Of a stretch of DNA of 64,000 nucleotides, positions 47,020 through 57,078 are shown piece by piece. This stretch comes from a virus (Duplodnaviria > Caudoviricetes): positions 1 through 64,000 of IMG/VR virus record IMGVR_UViG_3300033121_000376. One strand, given 5' to 3'. Within the stretch, counting starts at the first letter, position 1; each line of letters starts with the position of its first letter. Under the pieces are notes generated by a model that did not search any database, had not been told where the DNA came from, and was given only the letters and a program-made list of their open reading frames with translations. The translations under genes and the position numbers were made by a program.

Positions 47020-48628
47020 TCTTAAACTAACAGAGGACAATCTGTTCGATGAACATGACGCTCAAGTTCGACAGTTACGGATGGAATATCTTCGAGCCAG
47101 TGCGACAGTAAAGGTTGAGGATTTCGACGACTTAGAGGATTTCGACGACACGGAGTTCAGCAACAACGCGAGTTTTTACCCGGTAGATCTGGACGAACCC
47201 AAGGTTCCAGATTTTGACAAGGTGTTCACGTTGCTTGCGGAGAACCCTAACACAGCTCTGTGTCTTGCAGATTATGTGGGACTAGACCCGCTTGAAGGGG
47301 TTACGGATAAGAAGAAACTCAGGAAGATAGCTGCCCGAGATCTGCTATCGCCCTATGCAGACGTGCGCAACAAGACGTTGTCGAGCGATAAGGTCATCGA
47401 CACCGTGTTTGTTAGAGACTGTTTCAAGTTCAGCACACCACAGGAAAAAGCCCCACTCGTTGTAATGGTGGATACGAAGAATAGGCTGTGGGTTGAGCTG
47501 AACAGTTCGTTGAAAGCGTTTGGGGTAAACGTGTCGGACTATGTGGATCGCATGCCTGAGTTTTACCACAAGCACATGATAACTAAAGCGTTTGTGAAAG
47601 GAGACAAACTGAGTCGCAGGTTGGTGCCGTGGGAATCGGTGTTCATGACCGATATAGTGTTCAACCACTTCGCGTTGGAGTTTTTGGAGGAAGCGGATCT
47701 TCGATGGGTGATGTTCGATCTAACACCGAAGATGAGGGCCCACGCTTACGCAGCTATACTATATAAAGGTGCGCCGGTACAGGAACTTTTCGAGATGGCT
47801 GAGACGATGATGCAAAGGGAGTTGGAATATAAGAATGTAATGATCGAAACGGCCAAGGAAACGATTGCACGGCAGAACACAAGGCTGCAACGTCTTCAGG
47901 ATTATTACGCGCTGATGACGGATGAGTTTAAGAAGATGCGTGAAGAGTTGGAAGAACACTATGAGAAGAAAGCTAAACGTCGTGTGATTCGTTACGAGCC
48001 AACAGTAGTGTACGATAAAGACGGCAATCCGGTACTGCACCCGAAACAATTCATCCCTGAGAACTTGTCGGAAGTTAAGGGAGAGGTTGGTGTTTACGAG
48101 GGTCCTGATCTCGGGCATATCATGACGGACGGCAAGTTCATAGATGCGGTTGCAAGTCACTTACAGGATTTTGAGTCCCCGTACTATGATGACCAAGTAG
48201 TGTTGATCGACTATTTACTGGAGGATTTAAGCGTAGTCCACATGGGGCTCACCCACACCTCGTTGAGCAACATGCTCAAGGTTTTAGGGTTTGTGAGACA
48301 CTCCAGAACGTCGATAAGCACGGCTCAGTATGCGGATTCTTCCGAATCATACAAGCGTAAACTCAGAACGGTGTACTGCATTAAGGGTTTCAAGAAACCG
48401 GTTGACTACGTGCGGCAGCGAATAGCGTCGTTCGGTATCGTGCAGGAGTTCCCAAACGTTTTTCACAACCGATATATGGAAGGATCTATTCAGGAAGGGA
48501 TGACGGATAAAGTGATAGAGGACAAGCTGAAAGGGGAAGCGTTTAAGAAATCGATTCGTAAAAGCCATACTGTAGGGCCGCAGCGACGCACTGAAGCTAA
48601 AGAATTAATGAACGACGACATGATATAG
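47009..48628 (+). CDS. Hypothetical protein with possible antirepressor-like DNA-binding region and coiled coil
   Basis: Start at MKSDLK preferred (RBS ggag); VVMVDTKNRLWVELNSSLKAFGV loosely resembles antirepressor N-domains. Confidence 0.6.
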   Translation: MKSDLKLTEDNLFDEHDAQVRQLRMEYLRASATVKVEDFDDLEDFDDTEFSNNASFYPVDLDEPKVPDFDKVFTLLAENPNTALCLADYVGLDPLEGVTDKKKLRKIAARDLLSPYADVRNKTLSSDKVIDTVFVRDCFKFSTPQEKAPLVVMVDTKNRLWVELNSSLKAFGVNVSDYVDRMPEFYHKHMITKAFVKGDKLSRRLVPWESVFMTDIVFNHFALEFLEEADLRWVMFDLTPKMRAHAYAAILYKGAPVQELFEMAETMMQRELEYKNVMIETAKETIARQNTRLQRLQDYYALMTDEFKKMREELEEHYEKKAKRRVIRYEPTVVYDKDGNPVLHPKQFIPENLSEVKGEVGVYEGPDLGHIMTDGKFIDAVASHLQDFESPYYDDQVVLIDYLLEDLSVVHMGLTHTSLSNMLKVLGFVRHSRTSISTAQYADSSESYKRKLRTVYCIKGFKKPVDYVRQRIASFGIVQEFPNVFHNRYMEGSIQEGMTDKVIEDKLKGEAFKKSIRKSHTVGPQRRTEAKELMNDDMI

Positions 48629-48638
48629 GAGAATATAA

Positions 48639-49040
48639 ATGGCAACTAGAGCTAGATCAGACAGGCAAAGACAGTTTTTGGATCGTGCAAACCTCGGTAA
48701 CGCGAGACGAGATTTTGAGGGTTGGTATCGATTATCGGACCTTGGGGAATCCCCATCATCCTTTATGCGAACTGAGGTGGGTAAACAATTGTTGAAATTG
48801 GGTAAGGTCGAGAAGCGATTTGGATCGCTGTTCGCAGAGGAGATTGTAGCAATTGGCTTTGCGGTATTCCGCGATCCTGAGAACCTACGTTTTCTCACAA
48901 TCGTGCGAACGCCGAATGGCAACACCTCGACGAAAGCTTTGGATAGCGATTCCGAGCAACAGGCTGAAAGTGAAGAAGAGGACGAGGAAAATCTGAACGG
49001 TGTATTGAAAAAAGCGGCATACACGATTGATGATATTTAG
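48639..49040 (+). CDS. Hypothetical protein
   Basis: 133-aa ORF, RBS aggag. Confidence 0.65.
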   Translation: MATRARSDRQRQFLDRANLGNARRDFEGWYRLSDLGESPSSFMRTEVGKQLLKLGKVEKRFGSLFAEEIVAIGFAVFRDPENLRFLTIVRTPNGNTSTKALDSDSEQQAESEEEDEENLNGVLKKAAYTIDDI

Positions 49041-49121
49041 AAACATGTCGAGTCCGTTAAATAAAAACAGCAGTAGGATTGCATTTTATAAACACAAGGT
49101 GTAAAAATCAACAGGCATAAA

Positions 49122-49159
49122 AAAGCCGGATACTCTACGAGGTAAAAGTATCCGGCTTT
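49122..49159. terminator. Hairpin / bidirectional terminator
   Basis: AAAGCCGGATACT / AGTATCCGGCTTT 13-bp stem. Confidence 0.6.
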
Positions 49160-49312
49160 ACTTTTGAGGGAAACGAGGATTATCGTGAGAACCACCAAAC
49201 GATTCGTTATTCTCAGTTTTTAGTATAACATGAAATATATGAATGGCAACGGTATTTTAAAACCACTGTACAAGCCATTCCCGATATTATGTTAAATTTA
49301 GGGAGAATTTGA

Positions 49313-49954
49313 ATGATAAACCTGAGATCGAGAACAACACGAGAAGACGTGCTGAACGGAACGGTAGAGGCTCAAAGAAGAGAGTTGCAGCTCAGAGAAC
49401 CTTCACGAAGAAAAAAGGGTGTAGGAGAGGAGTATTCTGAACGACGTTTCCGGTTGCGAACGCGACCCGATTTTACAGCGGGTTTTAACGAATCGGGTAG
49501 TTACAGCAGTTTGGAGGATCTCCAACAGCGGCTTGGCGAGTACTTTGACGGAACGATAGCCGACAGAAGGACGCCGACAGCAAGCGGGTTGGCGTTGGTT
49601 CTAGGATTCCCGGATCAGAAGAGTTTCAGGAAAGAGGCAAACAAGGATTCCGAAATAGGCATGACGCTGACAGCAGCTATCACGTATTTAGAAACGCTAC
49701 GCAATGAGGATCTGTTGAGCGGTGGACCTGCAACGACAGGAATCATGTTCGACCTGAAGAACAACCACAACTGGAAAGACAAGACCGAAACGGAAGTTAT
49801 CGAACGTACAGACTCGTTGACGCTTCTGGTACAGTCACTTCAGGGTAGAGTGCTTCGACCTAGAATATTGATAGAAGATGGGGAGTTTACGGCAGTTCGC
49901 GATGTCGTAGAGCCTATTGCAGTACCAAAGTATCGCGAAGAAGACATCATTTAA
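49313..49954 (+). CDS. terS: Terminase small subunit (P22 gp3-like)
   Basis: PTASGLALVLGF...GIMFDLKNNHNWKDKTETEV. Confidence 0.75.
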   Translation: MINLRSRTTREDVLNGTVEAQRRELQLREPSRRKKGVGEEYSERRFRLRTRPDFTAGFNESGSYSSLEDLQQRLGEYFDGTIADRRTPTASGLALVLGFPDQKSFRKEANKDSEIGMTLTAAITYLETLRNEDLLSGGPATTGIMFDLKNNHNWKDKTETEVIERTDSLTLLVQSLQGRVLRPRILIEDGEFTAVRDVVEPIAVPKYREEDII

Positions 49955-49970
49955 ACAGCGAGGATTAACC

Positions 49971-50642
49971 ATGAGCGATTATTGTGAAGTGTGTGACGAA
50001 TGTGAATTGTGTGACGACTGTGAAGATTCACAGTATTCAGACACCGAGGATGAATCTGGAGTAGAAATAGGGGATAAGTACCATCTTAAAATAAAACCAG
50101 TTAAGATGTCGCAAAGTATATACGGAGGAAGAACAGTGGGTTTTAAAAACATGACGCTTGCAGTATTCTGTTGTGATAGACCGGAAAATCCTGAAGATCC
50201 AGCAAGCGAAGATCCCATACTGCTAATCGGTGAGGGAGAAATAAACTTTCACTCAGATGGTAAAGGCGGCATACAGACTCCTGAAGGAGAGCGGTATTAT
50301 GGAAAAGTTACCGAGGCACAGACGGCTAAGTGGGCTAGACTTTTCGTGAAAGACGACGATGTGATGAAGGAAAACCACTTTCACCCACGTATTGACATGG
50401 ACATAGTGGATTTTCCGCACTACTCAGGCTTATCGCTCGCGAACCGTCATTTAGAACTTAATTCCGAAATCGTTTTGAGCAATGTAAGTTTCCAAGTACC
50501 CTGTTTTATTAAGTGGCCGGTCGAAGAACTGGAAGAAAAAACGACGGATTCTGTGGATTGGCCTACAGCGATTGGCATTGCGACGATAGCGGCGACGATA
50601 GCCTCTATACTGGTGTGGTTTCTTGTCGGACGAACTGTCTAG
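49971..50642 (+). CDS. Hypothetical protein with Cys-rich N-terminus and C-terminal TM helix
   Basis: Start MSDYCEVCDECELCDDC with RBS gagga; TM segment AIGIATIAATIASILVWFL. Confidence 0.65.
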   Translation: MSDYCEVCDECELCDDCEDSQYSDTEDESGVEIGDKYHLKIKPVKMSQSIYGGRTVGFKNMTLAVFCCDRPENPEDPASEDPILLIGEGEINFHSDGKGGIQTPEGERYYGKVTEAQTAKWARLFVKDDDVMKENHFHPRIDMDIVDFPHYSGLSLANRHLELNSEIVLSNVSFQVPCFIKWPVEELEEKTTDSVDWPTAIGIATIAATIASILVWFLVGRTV

Positions 50643-50650
50643 GAGAAGGT

Positions 50651-51160
50651 ATGTTTCAAATTTACTATAGGTTGGAAGACTTGCTTCACACCCAACAAGG
50701 CGCAGCGATGTTGGTACTGTCTAAGGGCGACTTGAATCCTATCTGGACGGATGTAGACTACATCTGCAACAAGCATGGCTGTATCGCTGTTTACGGAACC
50801 AAGGAACACTGTGACCATTTACGGGCGGCGCATCCTGATATTTACCGGTATCACTTAGCGAAATCGGCCTGCAATTGGTTATCACACGGAAAATACGACA
50901 AATCATGCACGTTGCGACCCTACAATGAGGTGTCAAAACACATTTTTAACAAATATGAAGCAGATTATGAGAAACCCAACACCCAACACTCGTTGGAGAG
51001 TTATTTAATCGGGGTGTACACCAACCCAGGGTCAACGGTTTTCGACCCTTATGGAGACTTTGACATATTCAGAACGGTTATGGATATGGGTCGGAAGTAT
51101 ATTGGTGTGCAAGAAAACGCTAAACTTCTTAAAAAAATGGTCGGATACGTCGATATTTAG
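50651..51160 (+). CDS. Degenerate N4/N6 DNA-methyltransferase-like protein
   Basis: EKPNTQHSLESYLIGVYTNPGSTVFDPYGDFD...GRKYIGVQEN follows the beta-class MTase C-terminus, but FxGxG is altered. Confidence 0.55.
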   Translation: MFQIYYRLEDLLHTQQGAAMLVLSKGDLNPIWTDVDYICNKHGCIAVYGTKEHCDHLRAAHPDIYRYHLAKSACNWLSHGKYDKSCTLRPYNEVSKHIFNKYEADYEKPNTQHSLESYLIGVYTNPGSTVFDPYGDFDIFRTVMDMGRKYIGVQENAKLLKKMVGYVDI

Positions 51161-51219
51161 CAGTTAAGTGCTTAAAAGTCGTATTTTTTGGTAAAAATTG
51201 TCAAAAATTGGAGGTTTTA

Positions 51220-51396
51220 ATGTCAGATCATCAGAAAAGACTCATCATGGCAAGTTTAACAGGGGTCGTGATGGCGTTTTCGGTGTTAACACTTGCGTAT
51301 CAAGTGTCAAACGTTGTAGCAGACTTGATTGTTAACAGACTTTTTCAGGAGGTTAGCGAAGTCGATTTAGGCTCTTCGCACGATTGTAAGCAGTGA
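51220..51396 (+). CDS. Small membrane protein
   Basis: RBS ggagg; one hydrophobic helix. Confidence 0.55.
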   Translation: MSDHQKRLIMASLTGVVMAFSVLTLAYQVSNVVADLIVNRLFQEVSEVDLGSSHDCKQ

Positions 51397-51400
51397 TCAT

Positions 51401-51438
51401 AAAAAAACCCTCTTCTAACGGACGGTAGAAGAGGGTTT
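51401..51438. terminator. Bidirectional intrinsic terminator
   Basis: AAACCCTCTTCTA / TAGAAGAGGGTTT 13-bp stem. Confidence 0.7.
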
Positions 51439-51573
51439 AAGGAATCAAACTAACAGGAGTGAAGGTGTCGAACCAGAACTGCAAGTTTAATTTTTTAGGA
51501 GAATAAAAATGTCAAAAGAGAGCACACTTAAAGGATACTTTTTCAAACACTCACATTCAATCGAAATACTAAC

Positions 51574-52341
51574 ATGGGGGTAGTAAAGATGTCAACGGGT
51601 AAACACAAATGCGATGTGGGGTTTAGAGTCGCGGCGATAACAGGGGTGATCATAGGAATATTTCTCTCCTTAATAGAAGCGTTATGTGCTAAACAGGCTG
51701 GCGCTGCAGAACGGTTTGTTAAAGTAGATAGAACGGGGATTGAGCTCACGCGAGAAGCCGGTGACTGGCAGTGCGTTTACGACACTAAGACAGGGCTGTT
51801 ATGGGAGAAAGGAGGGTTTCTGTTCACGATGGATTGGAAATTTGCAAACACCTTAAACAAAACGAGTTGTGGGCGAACAGACTGGCGTCTGCCAACAGTG
51901 GGAGAGTTGAAAACCCTCGTTGCATGTCGCGTTGAGAGCGGTGTGGTGGGTGTTGAGAACGGATACCCGTGTATTGAGTACGAAAACAGTGTGTCTAAAG
52001 TTATTGATCCGAGATTCTTTCCAACAGTCGGACTGAGGCGAACGGATAATGGGATTGAATCGCGTTTTTGGGCAAGCGAAACGCAGGATGTGTTGAACAA
52101 CACGGCTTGGGTTTTGGATTTTTCCAAGGGATCAGCCATTGCCATTTCGAAAAAGGAGTCGGTTGATACACTGTACGTTGTTCGGTATGCGCCGAAAGTT
52201 CAAATGTGTGAATACCCTACTTGGGATGCGGCTACGGATACCTTAACGATTCCGAAATTCGAGCCTAATCCGCTTATATCCTCCATAGTTCTGCAAATTG
52301 ATTTGAAACAGGACACTTTTACGATAAAAAACTACCGGTAA
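51574..52341 (+). CDS. DUF1566 (Lcl C-terminal-like) domain exported protein
   Basis: TM/signal segment; CVYDTKTGLLWEK, CGRTDWRLPTVGELKTL, FWAS...AWVLDF. Confidence 0.85.
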   Translation: MGVVKMSTGKHKCDVGFRVAAITGVIIGIFLSLIEALCAKQAGAAERFVKVDRTGIELTREAGDWQCVYDTKTGLLWEKGGFLFTMDWKFANTLNKTSCGRTDWRLPTVGELKTLVACRVESGVVGVENGYPCIEYENSVSKVIDPRFFPTVGLRRTDNGIESRFWASETQDVLNNTAWVLDFSKGSAIAISKKESVDTLYVVRYAPKVQMCEYPTWDAATDTLTIPKFEPNPLISSIVLQIDLKQDTFTIKNYR

Positions 52342-52353
52342 TCGAGGTTTAAA

Positions 52354-52650
52354 ATGCACACTCAACATGTTTACTCCAAAGCAGCCTTAGATCTGCAACC
52401 CACTTTAGGGAATGTAGACTGGCTTCGAGTGAATGAGACTGCGATAAAATCCGTGTTTCCTGAGACATGGACTCGCGTTAACCGTTCTGAAATAATGGAA
52501 ATGGGGCGAGGATTGCGAAGGATTGGTATTCGATGGGATGACGTTAACGAAATACCTAGAATCCTGGCGTTCTTGGAAAGAACGGGTTTTGTATTACGCA
52601 ACGGCGGTATGGTAAAACGAAATAATTCGCCAATTTTTAAAATTCATTGA
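52354..52650 (+). CDS. Hypothetical protein
   Basis: 98-aa ORF, RBS gagg. Confidence 0.65.
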   Translation: MHTQHVYSKAALDLQPTLGNVDWLRVNETAIKSVFPETWTRVNRSEIMEMGRGLRRIGIRWDDVNEIPRILAFLERTGFVLRNGGMVKRNNSPIFKIH

Positions 52651-52658
52651 AAAACTTA

Positions 52659-52687
52659 TTGACGAAACCTAACAGCAGGCGTATAAT
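52659..52687 (+). promoter_or_regulatory. Sigma70 promoter for the ncRNA-Ro60 unit
   Basis: TTGACG-N17-TATAAT. Confidence 0.8.
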
Positions 52688-52723
52688 AATTACATGCTTT
52701 GGACAACTGTCAAACAAAGCATA

Positions 52724-52963
52724 AACGTGGCGAAGAAAGCAGGTTCTTCAAACTGTTATGCTACTTTTGGCAAACAGACTGCTAACGACAAATTCCCGTT
52801 GAATTTAGGTGGTGTAGGTTTCGGTTACTTCTAGTCTATTGAAAAAATACCGCAGCCGCTCGATCCCCTATCAAAACAGGCAGCCACACGCTGCACAAAA
52901 CAAATTGGTGGTGTATAAATCTGATACTTCAGGAAAAAAAGACAGATTTAGACTGATCCCCAA
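52724..52963 (+). ncRNA. Three tandem structured Y-RNA-like units
   Basis: Units 52724-52800, 52806-52870 and 52905-52963 share TGG[T/C]G[T/A]A...[A/T][T/C]T-C motifs (GTTCTTC/GTTACTTC/GATACTTC) and covarying stems; located upstream of TROVE. Confidence 0.65.
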
Positions 52964-53030
52964 CTCTTCTCTGCAGCATACTCTATTCTTAAAGCCTCGC
53001 TACGAGGCGTAAACCACCTGGGAAAAAGTT

Positions 53031-54380
53031 ATGCGAACCAATGTAAAACCAACCTCTAAAACCAATTTTTACGGCGTGAAAACGGTTAATTCAAAGCCAA
53101 TGGAATCTTTGCGCCGTTCTACGCTTTGTTGCTTATTGTGGGAAGATACTTTCTATGAAAGTGGAGCTACCATTGCGCAACGGATTAAAGAATTAGTACC
53201 GCTTTGCGATCCAGATCAAGTGGCCGATCTCGCCATAGAATTGCGAAAAGTTCACAAATTAAGACACGTCCCACTTTTGATAGTCAGAGAATTGGCCAGA
53301 GACACAAGACGTTGTGCGCCCGGTCTTATTAAAAACACGTTGTACAGCGTGATAGAGCGTCCTGATGAACTGACGGAGTTCCTGTCCCTGTATTGGGCAG
53401 ATGATAAAGTTAACAACGCACGGAGTCGATCACCTCTGGCGAAACAAGTTAAGACTGGACTCGCAGCAGCTTTTGGTAAGTTTAACGAATACACGTTGGC
53501 GAAATACAATCGCGATGGGGCTATAAAGCTTCGTGACGTTCTGTTCATGGTTCACGCTAAACCAAAAGATGAATCTCAGAAAGATTTGTGGAACAGGCTT
53601 ATTAAAAACGAGCTGGTCATACCGGATACCTGGGAAGTGGCGCTTTCGGCGGGTGATGACAAGAATCAGACTTTCACGCGACTGTTAAAAGCTAATAAAC
53701 TGGGTGGACTAGCGATCATTCGAAACTTAAGAAATATGCACGATGCAAATGTCGATAAACACCTTGTTAAAAAGGCGTTGATTGACAAGGATAAGATGCG
53801 ACACGTTCTTCCTTTCCGATATATCGCGGCGGCAAAAGCGGTTCCGTCTTGGGAGGATATTATCCAAGACGCAATGTTGAGTTCGCTGGCCGATGAAAAA
53901 GTTCTAACAGGAAAGACAATTCTATTACTGGACAACTCCGGGTCTATGAATAGTCAATTGTCTGCTAAATCCGATCTTAAAAGGTCTGATGCCGCAGGCG
54001 CTTTAGCCATACTGCTCAGAGAAATCTGTGAAGAGTGTAGAATATTCTCTTTCTCTGACCTTGTAGCGGAAGTTCCACCAAGACACGGATTCCCACTTGC
54101 AGAGGCAATACTCAAGGCCGTTGGCATCAGAGGAACAGACATGGGTCTTGCACTGAGGGAAATAGAAAACCTTGGGTATAAAGCTGACAGACTCATTGTT
54201 ATTTCAGATGAGGAGTCAAGAACAAGGCTTCCACCAATGACCTGTGCTAAACGCAAGTATATGGTGAATATAGGATCTTCCGAGAACAGCATCGCGCACG
54301 GAGATTGGATAAAGCTGACTGGGTTTTCAGAAGGACTTGTGACGTACATCCAGGTGTTAGAAACAGAAAGTTCAATCTAG
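53031..54380 (+). CDS. rsr: Ro60/Rsr-like TROVE plus vWA RNA-binding protein
   Basis: LRRSTLCCLLWEDTFYESG, LRHVPL, EYTLAKYNR, LRDVLFMVH, TWE..LS, ALIIRNLRN-type motif, LPFRY, LLLDNSGSM, VISDEE. Confidence 0.92.
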   Translation: MRTNVKPTSKTNFYGVKTVNSKPMESLRRSTLCCLLWEDTFYESGATIAQRIKELVPLCDPDQVADLAIELRKVHKLRHVPLLIVRELARDTRRCAPGLIKNTLYSVIERPDELTEFLSLYWADDKVNNARSRSPLAKQVKTGLAAAFGKFNEYTLAKYNRDGAIKLRDVLFMVHAKPKDESQKDLWNRLIKNELVIPDTWEVALSAGDDKNQTFTRLLKANKLGGLAIIRNLRNMHDANVDKHLVKKALIDKDKMRHVLPFRYIAAAKAVPSWEDIIQDAMLSSLADEKVLTGKTILLLDNSGSMNSQLSAKSDLKRSDAAGALAILLREICEECRIFSFSDLVAEVPPRHGFPLAEAILKAVGIRGTDMGLALREIENLGYKADRLIVISDEESRTRLPPMTCAKRKYMVNIGSSENSIAHGDWIKLTGFSEGLVTYIQVLETESSI

Positions 54381-54578
54381 CTCATAAAAAAATAGCCTAC
54401 CTGCATACGCCGGTAGGCTACTCCCCACAAACCACCAACCCCTTGATGTTGTCTAAATTATGGCTAAATCAAAGGTCAAAATCAAGTATTTATTTTAGAA
54501 AACAAAGATCAATAACACTTGCATAAAGCTTAAAAAGAACGGAAACTGATGTTTTCAGGACTTACTAGGTGATTAAGC

Positions 54579-55226
54579 ATGGTTATCTCTCCCGAAACGC
54601 TCTATAAAATAGCTCCAAAAGCCTCTCCAGGCTATAGAAAAGCTTTTGAAGTAGGAGCGAGGTATCTAAAAGAGTTCCACATCTCTGACAACGTAAATAG
54701 GCTTGCCTGTTTCCTCGGGCAAACTATGAATGAAACGTGGGATTACACTCACGACATCGAAAATCTCAACTACTCTCCAACAGGTCTTCAAAGAACGTGG
54801 CCTTCAAGGTTCAAACCAAAAGGTAAATTAGATCCCTTGGCATACACGTACAACCCTGTAAAACTGGCAAACGCTGTTTACGGAGGCAGGCTAGGAAACG
54901 TGGATACCAACGACGGCTGGAAGTACAGAGGACGCTCCTTTCTAAACACGACCGGCAAATGCAACTACGAACTTACAACAGAGCTTTGCAGGCAGTTCGA
55001 CCCCAAATTCCCCAACCTCGTCGATAAACCTGATCGGATATTGGATGCAGAATGGAGAATGTTCGCAGCGGTAGTATGGTGGGACGTTAGGAAATGTAAT
55101 ATTCCAGCCGATAAACTAGACCACGTTACCCTGACCAGAATAATTCAAGGGGGAAGAGGTGGGCTTAAAGACAGGATCATACGCACTGAAAGAGCGTTAA
55201 AAGTGCTTAGAGACACACCAAAGTGA
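54579..55226 (+). CDS. Endolysin, glycoside hydrolase family 19
   Basis: RLACFLGQTMNET, ENLNYS, LANAVYGGRLGN...DGWKYRGR..L.TTGK.NY. Confidence 0.92.
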   Translation: MVISPETLYKIAPKASPGYRKAFEVGARYLKEFHISDNVNRLACFLGQTMNETWDYTHDIENLNYSPTGLQRTWPSRFKPKGKLDPLAYTYNPVKLANAVYGGRLGNVDTNDGWKYRGRSFLNTTGKCNYELTTELCRQFDPKFPNLVDKPDRILDAEWRMFAAVVWWDVRKCNIPADKLDHVTLTRIIQGGRGGLKDRIIRTERALKVLRDTPK

Positions 55227-55227
55227 T

Positions 55228-55256
55228 TTGCAACAGTGTAGATAACCTAATATACT
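55228..55256 (+). promoter_or_regulatory. Sigma70-type promoter for the fibre cluster
   Basis: TTGCAA-N17-TATACT. Confidence 0.6.
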
Positions 55257-55290
55257 ATTTGTCAATAGTTTTTTAACAGGTTGCGATGGC

Positions 55291-56898
55291 ATGATCACTA
55301 TAAAAACCAAAGCGTTGCAGATTAATCACACCACGTTTGTGGGCGACACCATCTTCATTCAGCTTGATTATCGAACTGCCGCGAAACCAAACGGTGCGCA
55401 AATAGACTTATCTGGAAGTTCTTTCAGACTGTATGTTAAGGCCGACGTAGCTGACGTGAACTCGCTAGTTGTGAAAAACAATGTGGATTTCACGATAGGC
55501 GATACTGATTTCAATATAAAAGTTAAACTTTTACCTATAGACACTTCTGTTTTAGGTGAGGGTACTTTCGTATACGATTTAGAGCTTACAGATGCGGCTG
55601 GAGATGTGTATACCGTCGCATACGGAAGCATAAAGCTTAGGATGGATGTTACCCACAACCCGGTAGTTCCAGGCGATCCAGGCACAGCAATCAACACAGT
55701 TCAAGGACCGGCAGGCGCTACAGGACCGGCAGGACCCACTGGACCACAAGGCGCTACAGGACCACAAGGCGCTACAGGACCGGCAGGCACTACAGGACCG
55801 GCAGGCGCTACAGGACCGGCAGGACCCACTGGACCACAAGGCGCTACAGGTAACGGCTTTCCAATTAATCCAGGTAACTATACAGACCCGACCGTTATAT
55901 CAACAACTATACTGGGCGGTGCCAATAGTGGAACGACAGTAGGCGGAGCCAACTACATCGGCGGAGATATTCCAGCTAACGTTGTCCCTATGGGGATCTC
56001 TGGAGTACCCAACAATCCAGCAGAAACCGCTACACCGGGTCGTGCGAACTACTCACAAGTGGCAGGTTACGACAATGTTAACAATGGGTCGATGGGCATA
56101 GTGCTTGGGTCGCACAACCTGAACTACTCTGCGACAATACACGCGACGATTATAGGTAGCGACTGTGTAATAAGGGGTCCGTCGGACGGTTCTACTGCTA
56201 TGGGACTTGGTTGCTACATCAACATATCCAGCTATTCAGTTATATCAGGTGGTGTTCAGAACGAGATAGACTCAACTGGAAACTACAACGTAATCGATGG
56301 TGGTCAGTTCAACAGAATTCTAGGATCATCAGCATTCTGCACCATCCTCGGTGGAAGCAACATCGTTATATCAGGCTCATCTGATCACGTCTTTGCCTTT
56401 GGGGAATCTCTTTCTCTAAACCCTAACCTGGTCCATTCGTATGGTTTCGGTAAAAATCTCAGTATTAAAAACAATCGATGTTTAACAATGGGTGGTGCTG
56501 GAGGTTCTCTAGGAGCATCCCAACACGAGATCGGCGACGAGATTTTAACAACAACAGATGGCGTTCAGACGTTTGCGTTTGGTGGTTTTGATACGATTGC
56601 TAACCAATACATTGCAGGCGAGATCAAAATTATCTGCAGAAATATAACAGATGGACATTTAAACTATTGGGTTATCCCAGTCGCTATTAAAGTGAACTCT
56701 GGAGGCAATGGTTTAACAGGATCTACGGCTTCTGGAGCAAACGTAGTGAGAACTTCTTCTACGCTTAAGGAAGATGCGGGTATGCCAGACCCGGTTTTAG
56801 ACATGACGATAAGTCAGAAATTGTACGTTAAGGTCACAGGTCTGGCTGGAAAAACCTGTCACTGGCGCATTGAATACGATATTTCGTCCGTAATTTAG
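55291..56898 (+). CDS. Tail fibre-like protein: BppU-like N-domain, collagen Gly-X-Y repeats, beta-helix-like C-region
   Basis: GDT...IDLSG...YDLELTD; about 16 GPA/GAT/GPQ triplets; ISGGVQN/IDGGQFN repeats. Confidence 0.8.
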   Translation: MITIKTKALQINHTTFVGDTIFIQLDYRTAAKPNGAQIDLSGSSFRLYVKADVADVNSLVVKNNVDFTIGDTDFNIKVKLLPIDTSVLGEGTFVYDLELTDAAGDVYTVAYGSIKLRMDVTHNPVVPGDPGTAINTVQGPAGATGPAGPTGPQGATGPQGATGPAGTTGPAGATGPAGPTGPQGATGNGFPINPGNYTDPTVISTTILGGANSGTTVGGANYIGGDIPANVVPMGISGVPNNPAETATPGRANYSQVAGYDNVNNGSMGIVLGSHNLNYSATIHATIIGSDCVIRGPSDGSTAMGLGCYINISSYSVISGGVQNEIDSTGNYNVIDGGQFNRILGSSAFCTILGGSNIVISGSSDHVFAFGESLSLNPNLVHSYGFGKNLSIKNNRCLTMGGAGGSLGASQHEIGDEILTTTDGVQTFAFGGFDTIANQYIAGEIKIICRNITDGHLNYWVIPVAIKVNSGGNGLTGSTASGANVVRTSSTLKEDAGMPDPVLDMTISQKLYVKVTGLAGKTCHWRIEYDISSVI

Positions 56899-56907
56899 AG
56901 GTAAAAC

Positions 56908-57078
56908 ATGTTCGATATAGGGCAAAAAGTAAAACTTATAGTGCCGGTTGTTACCGGGGAAATCGTGGACACCGGGTTTGATAAAGAGTCTAAGCAGTTA
57001 AAGCACTTGCTGAGCTGGAAAGATGGCGAAGAGACTCATTCTCGTTGGTTCCTTGCAAGTGAATTGGAGGCCGTGTAA
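56908..57078 (+). CDS. Small hypothetical protein missing from the ORF track (56 aa)
   Basis: RBS gagg; MFDIGQKVKLIVPVVTGEIV...WFLASELEAV; stop overlaps the next ATG. Confidence 0.7.
   Translation: MFDIGQKVKLIVPVVTGEIVDTGFDKESKQLKHLLSWKDGEETHSRWFLASELEAV

Noticed and set aside
51574-52341. Diversity-generating retroelement targeting the DUF1566 gene
   Set aside because: DUF1566 domains can be DGR targets, but no reverse transcriptase or adenine-variant template repeat was seen in this window.
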